Shown: positions 54,242 to 64,000 of the stretch, piece after piece
How the letters are laid out: each line of letters opens with the position of its first letter
Position numbering within the stretch: position 1 is the stretch's first letter
Source: Lepidodermella squamata
Lineage: Eukaryota; Animalia; Gastrotricha
Length of the DNA stretch: 64,000 bases
Reading direction: 5' to 3'
Assembly (NCBI GenBank): GCA_047495785.1
Contig: JBLDXI010000045.1
Location: 558,001-622,000 of the forward strand
The notes under the pieces: model-generated
What the model was told of the DNA's origin: nothing
Database searches by the model: none
What the model saw: the letters and a program-made list of their open reading frames with translations, nothing else
Made by a program: the position numbers and the translations under genes

Positions 54242-56186
54242 ATGATGGAAGTATTTAGCACGGCTGACCAACCGAGTTGCTGCCCGCGTTGCGATGCCGT
54301 TTCGCGATTTTTCACCCGACTTCGAGAGCCGAACTGTGGCATCGATTTCACCGATGAAGGCGACGACTTCGCTCAACTTTTGCTATCTGCTGCCGCTTAT
54401 GGTTGCATCAAGTAAGTGAAAACGTGGTGGCTCTTCTCAGAGGGTAAAAAATTGGCTTTATAGACAGAAACCTCCTCCTCGGCTTGTTCCAAGGAAAGTC
54501 GCAGTTGCTTCTTCGAAAGTTTCGCGAGAAAGCTGTGCTATCGTCCCGTCGTCTCAGCCTGAAATAAAACCAGTTAATGTCTCAAATCTAGTCGTTGAAT
54601 CATCAGTACGGAGCGTTGAAAGTCCGGCTTTACAGCTTGAATCCTCCGACATGGATGTCGAAAACTCACAGCCGATGCCTGAAATCGTGGAACCGGAGCG
54701 TAAAATGGTCGATGCCGCAACTTCTTATTACGTTCAAACCACCCCAGCGCCAATTAAGGCTGTTGCGACCGCGAAGAAACGCGCGGCTGTTGATGCGGGA
54801 ATTCAAACTTCGGACAAATCGCTGATGGCTTTAGGAGCGGCCGCTCAGGCAAATGACAGTGAATTCACGTTACCATCCCCGGTTCTTCCAGTCGGATTTG
54901 TGGCTAGCGAACGGAAAAGTGCCGGTGTTCAAGCTTTCAACTCGCCTATTGCTAGTTATTTGGCCCGGCGAAGTTTGGGGAATTTAGCCGACGAATCGCC
55001 TCATGTCAAAAGACTGACAATTCCAACCGCGGTACTCGCTCCGAATTCAGCGCGGCAAAGCATTCCACCACCAATTGTCGCAAACTCGCCCCCTATTGGA
55101 TCGCCTCAGCACATGGACATGAGTGCGAATAACGTTGTACCAGCCACAATCAGTGAAGCCGGCTCAGTTTCTGTTATATCGAACCAGTACGCCTTTGGTA
55201 GTCAACAAACTCAGAAATCGGCGCGGTCAAAACCTGCGCGGTCTCGCGTATCAGTTCTTCGTGAAGAGCCTGGAGCAAACGGAATGTTTCCGGCGGCTAA
55301 ATATCTTCCATGCATTGGTACGTTGAAATGACTTATTTCAAACCATTTAAACCCGATTTTTACCATCGATCGGGGGAATTACTTTGCCCATTATTTCATT
55401 ATTTTTTCAAGTTTCGGTTGCTATTCGTTCTTGTACATTTTTATGCGCCATTTCTCACAATCCGGACTTCAAAACCGGTCAAAAAGTTGTCCAAATTAGA
55501 CAAATGCAACTAGACAAAAATCAAGTTATTAGAGAGTTTTTTAAGTTTGCAGGATTAATTTTGCTAAAATTTTGTGTTTTTAATTCCAGTTCTACCATCG
55601 CCAGCAGTAGCTCGGAGAAGATCACAGCGCGTTCGCGTTTTCGGCAACAGCGGAATCGTTCGTCATCCTGATCATTTTGTTGTCGGAATTCTATGCTGCT
55701 CTCGAAGTGAACTAGGTTCGCCTCTTTACTAGCTCCGCCTTATATGTTGCGATCATTGGCTATCTTATAGGTCGAATTCAACTATTAGCCGAGCCTTTGT
55801 TGCCAGAAAATAGAAGCAAAGAAGCGAAACCAGCGTTAGACAGTGGAGAAGTGGACCGGTATTTGAATGCCGAGCTAGCAGACGGCAGTGGTCGAATTGC
55901 GTTGACGTCTACAAACACCAATTCGCGGTACTTCGGCCTCTTCTTCCTATCGTCAGCCGGGCGCTCGGTCCGCAAGGTCACCTCAGGGTATTTCAAATTC
56001 ACCGTGTTACGGTTGAAGGGAACGCACCTGGTTTTGACGCTGAACGACGCCGAGTTCAATTTTACGGTTGGCAGTCAGTTCGCCGTTCAACCCGGCGACG
56101 AGTACGCCATGTCGATCCATCCTAATAAGAAGACCAACGAAGCTATTCTGGCGTTCGACTACGTTTTAGCTGCGAATAACGACTGA
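54242..56186 (+). CDS. Divergent centromere protein C candidate (disordered body, partial CENP-C motif, C-terminal cupin); exons ~54242-54411, 54464-55317, 55590-55695, 55771-56186
   Basis: The spliced product has RRSQRVRV followed by a terminal cupin (LVLTLNDAEFNFTVGSQFAVQPGDEYAM..NEAILAF) that aligns by eye with the CENP-C/Mif2 cupin. Confidence 0.6.
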
Positions 56187-56452
56187 GTAGTCGTCGTGTC
56201 ACGCGCGTTGATCCTTCACTGTACTTTATTCTATGCATGCTCGTTTTTACATCAATAAATTTCCGAGAAAAGAAGAAACTGGCGCATGTTTTTTCCCTTG
56301 ACAGCAGCTGTAATGCGTGTAAATTACCTGGTCGTGTAAACAAGTCATTGGCTTGTAGCCACATTTGTCAATAACAAGATTAAAAAAAATGAGGAAAAAA
56401 ACCAATAAATTTTTTATTTTATTTTCAACTCAGCATAAAATCCGGAAGTTGC

Positions 56453-57148
56453 TCAGGCAGTGTCATCTTTGATTGAAAGACTTTGTTGGCAGGCGTCGGA
56501 TAGCTCATCTTTACTAGCTTTCTGCTTCGAATTCGCCGGATTAGGCTTCGAGCCACGCCTTTCTTTTTCAGGCTGAGGGGCCGCTGAGTCAATCACAATA
56601 GTTACAGGCCCATCATTAGCTAGCTCGACGACCATTCGCGAGCCAAATTGACCCTTCTTCACACGACCAGGGTCGCCGATGAGTTTTTGAAGAGTTTCGC
56701 AAAAGTAGTCGAAAACCTTGCGTGAATCTTCGCCGGGCATAGCGGCGTGAAAATCGGGTTTGCTGCCCTTTTTCAGCGAGGCGCAAAGTGTGAATTGGGA
56801 CACGCATAAAATTGATCCATTGATTTCCATCACGTTTTTCTCCCATCGTTTTGCCGAGTCCTCGTCATCACCACCTTCAAAAAGTCGCAATTTCGCTAGT
56901 TTTGAAGCCCTGTAGAAATACAATAAAATGAATTCAGTGGGGAAAATGGCCGCCATTTTACATTTGCTCTGCGATTTCCATTGTGTCGTCAGTAAAAACT
57001 CCGACCAAAGCCATTATTCCTCGGTCAATCTTACTAATCGTGTCACCAGAAACTAAAATGAGTAAGAAATTCAATGGGCTGTCCATTTTTCAATTTCCTG
57101 CCTACCCGTGACTGATGCCCTGAAGACGCGTTGAGCCACAATCCGCAT
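56453..57148 (-). CDS. DTD1: D-aminoacyl-tRNA deacylase (3 exons)
   Basis: MRIVAQRV..ASV, LRLF, VSQFTL, KPDFHAAM and NDGPVT motifs. Confidence 0.95.
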
Positions 57149-57884
57149 TATTCGATTAAATATTTGAGGCCTAGTTAAAAAAACGAACTCTCATTATATA
57201 CCGATGTATTTATTATTTTTTCAGCGTATCGCGAATAAAACGGTAACAATCCACAAAACACAACAATTTGCATAGCGAGCGAGACATTCAAGGAAAATTC
57301 TATTTTCAGTATATAAGCAGAACAGCCGAATAATAATTATTACTCTCAAATTGTGGAACAGAATGAACCTAACATCGACGTTTGCACAAAGGTGTTTGTT
57401 ACCTCAGAAAATTTATTGGCAATACACAAGTAATAAATGTCGAAAACTGGAAAAAAGAACAGAAAAAAAATTCAGATCCAAGATAGCATCGTATAAACAA
57501 AAAACATTCCACCAGGTTCTTCATGAGGTTTCATACTATTATTAGTAACTAGCCGATCTGCACAACTCGGAACAAAATAATCCAACGGATAGAGAGATAG
57601 GCGGGCGGAGAATGCGGATCGCCACAAATAGAAGAGAAGAAAACGACAAACAAGTGGGAAAGCCTTTAATTGAGCGCTTGTATTCCAACTACTAGCAGCT
57701 TAGCTTAGCCCTACTTGATGCCGCCTAATATTTGAATATTAAAAATGTCATAGTATTATGCGATAAAAATCACTGGACAATTATTTCAACTTGAAATTAT
57801 ATTATATTTCTTTATTTATTACTACCAAGGCAATATCTTTGATAGTTAAAGCTAAAAAGTCACTGGTACACAGAAAATTCATCG

Positions 57885-59377
57885 TTAAATGCGGAAACTC
57901 TCGAGACGCCCGTCAATATGTCTCAGGCGCAGATAGACATCAGTGCCCAAGCCGGGCATGGTTTGCAAATTCAGCGAACCGCCAAGGTATTTCGCATAGG
58001 CCCGAGAAGCGGGTAGGCCAAAGCCGAAGCCATGCATAGGGCCGCCGACTGGACCGGCCGCGTGGGAACCAGTCGCCGTTAGAGCACCAATGCCGAACTG
58101 CGAGTCTTTCAAATGGCGAACAGTGCGGCCGCCGGTTGTGAAAAGATACTCCCAAACCCGTTCTTCAAACGTGTGTGGGATTCCGCCGCCTCGGTCTGAA
58201 ATTCTGACCAGGAAATCGACATCATTCGACACAATGCTGATATTAACCGGGGGCAGGCCGTCGCTGTCCGCCGTTAAAGAATCAGCTTCATCCTCAACAA
58301 ATGGCAAATGGGTTGGAGTTGCTTTGCGCTTGTGATGCGTCTCAACAACGGCTCGAAATGCGTTTTTGAACAACTCGTAGACTATGTAATCGAGCGGCTG
58401 TGATATATACGGGAAAACAGCGTCGACATGACCAGTTATTTTCACGGGAGGCGCTAAGCCATACTCGTGTTCGCACAACTCGCGGGCTTCTTCCGCCTTT
58501 GCTTCAATCAGCTTTCGAGGCGAGAATTTCAAATTTATGATACCGACATGATTGGGCTGAAAAAATGAAAAACATGAATTTTCATTAAATTCCCAGAGAT
58601 TTCTATATTTTTCATAATTTTTGAAAAGTTTAAAGAAATTTCAAGGTTCTTACTCTTTCTTCGTGGAGTGAAATATGGTGTTCGGCTAGCATTCGAATGC
58701 CAAGTCGAGATGTGAGCATTGCATCAAGGAATTCGCGAAGCATCTCGCGGTCTTTAATATAGTGACCTGTTTCATCGAGACCTTCCGCCAGGTAAGTCAC
58801 CACATTTCTATGGTCGTGAAGCAAGGCTCTCAGCAGATGGCAATACGCACGGTCGTCTTCAGCAGTTTCGATTGGTTTAAAGCTCCAAAGCTTCTCAAAA
58901 GCTCGAACGTACAAATCATGCACGGCTAGGAGAGCCGGCGATGAAGCAACGATAAATGGCAGATTCCTCATATCAGCAATTCGATGTGAAATGCGAATGG
59001 GCATCTCTTTTTGCACATACTGAGCACTTTTCTGAAACATATCCAATCGTAAAAAGATTTGATAAATTCGAAAGTTTTCACATTACAATAAGATAATTAG
59101 AGTCAACATTTCTGCCTGAATACAGCATAATGGTAGGCGTAAGTCTGACGGATGGCTTTGTTTGATACTCGTCAATGGAAGGCAAGCTGAAGAAAGATTT
59201 GAAAACGGCACGCGATCGCTCTTTCAAATTGCGTAGAGCTTCGTCGGACGACAGTTCAGTCGCCGGTGATTTCGGAGTCGCGTCCTTCGTGTCCTTGATG
59301 TTATTACTCGACGATTGGTGGCGAACCTTTTGCGAAGCCAGCAACGAGGCTCGGCGGCCAAACATGACCTTCGACAT
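57885..59377 (-). CDS. BCKDK: Branched-chain alpha-ketoacid dehydrogenase kinase, mitochondrial (3 exons)
   Basis: [74 protein letters not shown]. Confidence 0.95.
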
Positions 59378-59592
59378 GTTGGATTATTGCAGGTACTAAT
59401 CACTCTCTCTAATAATTTCTCATCTAAAAAAATACCATAAAATTAGCGCAGGTAAATGAAATTTTCATTCAAAAACTCAAAAAAAATTGCAAGAAAAATT
59501 TATCGTTGAGATACAACAAGGTGCTAGAATTTATCACAGCAAAATATAGTTTGATCACATCAAATGCTTGGCAAGTAGAAAAGAGCGTGGTG

Positions 59593-62415
59593 TTAATCGC
59601 CACCGCTGTTGCAATAAGCGGCATGAATATCAAGATCACGTTGGTTGCTGTAGGTTTTAGAACAATGAGTGCACGAGTACAAATCCCAATTTAGGCGCTC
59701 GTTTTTCCTCGAATTATCCTCATGGGCAAAGGGTGATGACGGCGGTTGGGGCGGTATATTAGCGCGCGTTTTACCAGCCGAAGCGATTCTCGTTTTCAAT
59801 CGAATTTCAGCCGCCATTGTTGCCTGGCGAGTTGCAGCCCGAGATACAACAGATGCTGGTGGCTTTTGCGAGGAAGTCGCGGCGCTACATGACGGTAAAC
59901 TTGGCAATTGAGGCAACGCCAATGTCGCGTCATTTTTCACTCGAATCTGACGTAACGCTTCTTCATGCTTCGGATCCGGTCGCCCATAGCTGTTACTCCG
60001 ACTTCTCGGTAGACTTCCATCGCTCTGTTTACTGTTATAAGCAGCGATTGCCGCAGATACCGAGTCCTCTTCATTTGTGGTAGTCGGAACTCGCCACAAT
60101 TGAATTGGCTGTTGGCCATTTCCGTTACCAGCCCGGCTGAAATGCGAAAGTTCCGACTTCATTTTCGACAACTCCTGCATTTTTTGTTTGACAGGATCTT
60201 CGTCGATCGGCTCGTCATTGTCCACGTCTTCCACATCGCCATCAACATTCCCGTTTTTCTTGACGACAAATGTTGAGCTGCGTTTCGAAAATAATTTCGA
60301 ATTGTGCTGCTGAGATGCACTGACTGGGCGATCGTAGCTGCGAACAGATTCGCGGTCAAACTCTCGGGGGCCGCCTTCTGATTTAGAGGCACGCGATGCA
60401 AACGAAGAATCGGCTTTGGCCTCTCGCAGCTTTTTCAGGGATTTCTCAAGTTGAACAGCCTGGCTTTGCAAAAGCTGACTTCGTAATTCAGTGGCTGTTA
60501 TTTGCCGCTCCAAGTCGACACATATATCTCCAGAGGCTAGTGTTGAAAAAAATCAATTATCTAGACAGGGCAATATAAGAAAAATTACGTTCTGCGTATG
60601 GCAAAGGGCCGTTGGGATCTGGAAACGCCAAAAGCAACATTTCTTTATGTCTATAGCCGGCTATCTCTTCCTGTAATGCGTTGAGTTTTGACTGTAACTC
60701 GGCTAATTCTTCCTTGTTTCTTCGCTGACGGCTAGTCTCTATAGACGAAGGTGGCCTAGACTGCTGACGTCTGAGTTGATCCACTTCAATCTATAAGGAT
60801 GAGCAAACAAACAGACGACGTAACAATAAAATACTAACACAAGAGGACTGACCTCTAGTTTAATTTTATCTTGTTTCAGCAGTTCCAACTCCCGTCTTTT
60901 GTCCTCCAAGTGGTCCTTCGTTGCGTCAAGCTGGCCCTCCAAATTTGATATTTTTATGCGAAAATCATCACTTGAGCGATCCATCAATGACATTTGTTCG
61001 AGTAAAGAATCTTGTTTAGATTGCAGCGTTTCGCACCTCGATCGCATAGATTCGGCTAACATCGTAGCGCGATTCAGCTCGTCTTTCGTGGAACTCAGCG
61101 CTTGCTTCAACGAGTCTCGTTCACTTGTGACAGCAACGAGATGCTCGTTTATAACTTGACTTTCAGCTGATAGTCCGTCAAGATTGCTCTGCAGTCGATG
61201 AAACTCTTCGAGCAAACGCTGCTTCTCATCAACAGAACTCTTTAAATTGTGAACCTGATCAAGCAGGCTTTCTTTATCGAGCACCAACTTTTCGTTACGC
61301 TGTCTCAGTTCAGCAATTCTACTTTGCGATTCCTTGTCTGCAGCAATCCAGCGAGCTTCGGCTTCCCTGAACGATTTCGAATGAATTGAATCAATAACCT
61401 AAATAAAATGTACACAATCGTTAGTTGACTGGCGAACTTGAGGAATATTACCGAGAGGTCAGCTTTTTTCCTTAGAAGTTCCTGCTTTGTAGTTTCCAAC
61501 TCTTTGGTAAGTTTTTCAACCTCAGCTCGCAACGGATCAATTTGAGAAAACAACCAGGACCATTGTCTCTGAATCTTATCAAGGTCCAATGATAACTCGG
61601 GAACCAAGCGTTGAAGGTCGGTAGCTGAAAGCCATGACATTCCTTCGTAATTTTTCTTGAATTTTGCGACAGATGATGGGACTTGTTGATTGATAACCAA
61701 ATTTGAAACGCATTCCAAAACTGAACGCAGACCTTCTTGTACAATAGCACACGATTCGCAGGGTTTAAATGCCGTATCGATGGTCTGAGTACCTCTGACG
61801 CAAGATTCCGACGCGATTTCTGGCTTTTTAATCTTGAATTCTGCGGTGAATTGCCTTTCGGGAGGCTGAGATGCCTTTGGTTTAAGTATTTCAGCTTTAT
61901 AGGCGGCATCTACTTGCGAGAGCTTGGAATCTTTATTAACGACTTCCTTCTGCAAGTCTGCCAAGTACTGCAGCAACGCACTGACTTTTCGCCAGTAATT
62001 CCGAGCCGTTTTCCCCGCAGATTTCGGATTTATTTTAGATTCTCGGTCAGCAGATTGAGGCACATTGTGCGAGCGTTGGTCAACAAAGGCTGATAAAGCG
62101 TGGAGAAGCAGCAAAAACCTATAAAAGGACTCTTGTAGCTGAGATTACTACATCTAAAAAATTTAGTTTATACCGATCAATAAGCAGCTCTAATAAGGCT
62201 GTTTGGATAATCAGTTCCTCATTTTCATCATCAGTCAAGCGATACTTTTGCAACTGATCAGCAATGTTGATATCGTAGCCATTGCGATCTGGATATTTCC
62301 AGGAGGTTTGATGCAGGGGCCCAACACGCGAAACAATATCAAGAATGACACTGTGAACATCTTCGATATCGGCTTTTAAAAGCTCCACTTGATATGATGC
62401 AGCTGAGCCAGTCAT
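59593..62415 (-). CDS. CCDC157: Coiled-coil domain-containing protein 157, multi-exon, with a C-terminal C2HC finger-like motif
   Basis: SRVGP....SWKYPDR, LLELLIDR|FLLLL, TQTIDTAFKPCESCAIVQ and LLLAFPD motifs, plus a long coiled coil. Confidence 0.85.
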
Positions 62416-64000
62416 TTTGATCTTAGAGCCCTAACACAAGGAAAATCTTGAGAATATGAAGCACAATCAAAATGACATAAAAGCAAGAAAAAAAGTTCCA
62501 AGACTCACACAAAACGCTTAGTTTAAAAACGATACGGAAAAACGAGACAATAATCACATCGTAATAGCCAGTCGCCTCCGAATAATTGATTCTTGCATGG
62601 CTCGATAATGAACTAAAAAATGACTGAGAGCTTTGGGTACAATCAACAGCGCGATCAGTTCGACCGGGCGACATCGGGGACAAAGTCCATTTTCTTGGCA
62701 GTCCACAATATTTGCAGTTTTTTAATTGTCACCAGAAATAAACTTTATTATTGTTATCATTTTTTATATGTATTTTATTTGATTATCGAAAAATAATTTT
62801 TGCTTAGCAAACGACGCTATTGATCGATACATCGGCATCCGTTTATGTCCTTTGAAAGCCAACCAGCCATTCATGGTTCGTTAGAATAACATGCTTTTGT
62901 CTTCTATCAGCTGTCACGTCGCCCCCATGCCGTGAGATGCTCCTTTACCGTTAACATAAATATTTCTTGTTTTTCACTTCATTTTGGATGTGGGACAGTA
63001 ATTGGCAATTTATGCATAATAAAGAATAGCAAGTCAGTAATCCCTATCTCGCTACATATTTGGCTGTTTGCCGCCGTTAAATATTTTTATCAACGTTTCG
63101 AGTTTCCAGTCGTTGCAATAAATGTAGTTTGAAATATTCCGCATGAGTTCTAGCTGATAGATCGTTTACTATCGATCATTTAATTTAATTTTATGTATCT
63201 AGGAATCTCAAACTCCAATCTTCCCAAACACCAAGCTCATCGAAATTAAATATCAAACCAAGAATCTTATACTTATTCTCCCTGGTGACTTAAAGATTGA
63301 CGGTCTTCTTAGTTATCTATTTTTATGATGCATTTACAGCCTGCGAATCACGTATTTGATCTGAGTTGTATGACTTAGGTGAACTGCGTGAATTAACTGT
63401 TTTAAAATGTGTGAATAGCTATAATCTAATAATGCTGAATGCTGAATGCTAATTACGCTCTATTCGCTGACCTTAAAAATGTACAATTTGCGATTTACTT
63501 TCATGAGTTATTTAGGTACTTGCAACGTCCTGCAGAACTCTAGAATTCTCCGCGTTTAGTAGAAGCATCCCGATTAAATGTAAAATTGAGCAAAGGTTTC
63601 CCCATGATAACTGAAATATCCACTCAGATCATGGAGTTTTGAGCCTGGATCATACCAAATGCAAATGCAAATGCTGCGATCTGCAAATCTCGAGACTGGG
63701 GCGGAATAGACGGAGTAGAAATTGTTTCGCCAACCGCTAATTTTATATGTTATACATTTTTTCTTTAAATTTTAAATTTCTTCGAATTAAGATTAGTCCG
63801 TGGCATAGCATGCTTCTTCATGTCGCTATCATAATAGTTGAGGTAACTTGACACAGCGACGTTCTAACAGCAGGTCTTATTTTAAATATATACCTGTGCA
63901 AATAAGAACCACTCTAAAGAAATATATTAGTTGAAATAAATAAGTCCGTGTGGCTCGCTATTGCTACAGAAATAAGCCTGTCATTTTCGATTATTTATCA

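Overview
Eukaryotic (animal) genomic DNA with short GT-AG introns, mostly 50-65 nt, and the standard code. About 15 protein genes are supported: ASPG, YY1/Pho, a Mesh/SUSD2-like NIDO-AMOP-VWD protein, a membrane protein with a degenerate PDZ, a TRIM, a secreted sushi-mucin-ankyrin protein, a 4x knottin precursor, a TMEM196-like protein, a tandem-domain ASRGL1, ZMYND8/11, RMI2, a coiled-coil protein, a divergent CENP-C candidate, DTD1, BCKDK and CCDC157. Non-coding features are four paralogous intronic H/ACA snoRNAs (three in an apparently non-coding host), two inverted tRNA-Met(CAT) genes, a truncated pogo-family transposon and several MITEs, some nested. The most unusual part is 29.5-39 kb. 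One tRNA-Met is split at the anticodon, at the canonical 37/38 intron site, by a 1826-bp TIR element. The two tRNA copies bracket two secreted, toxin-like genes. Very short same-strand gene spacing at 41-62 kb suggests operons with trans-splicing. All calls come from manual reading and recalled family motifs; no searches were run.
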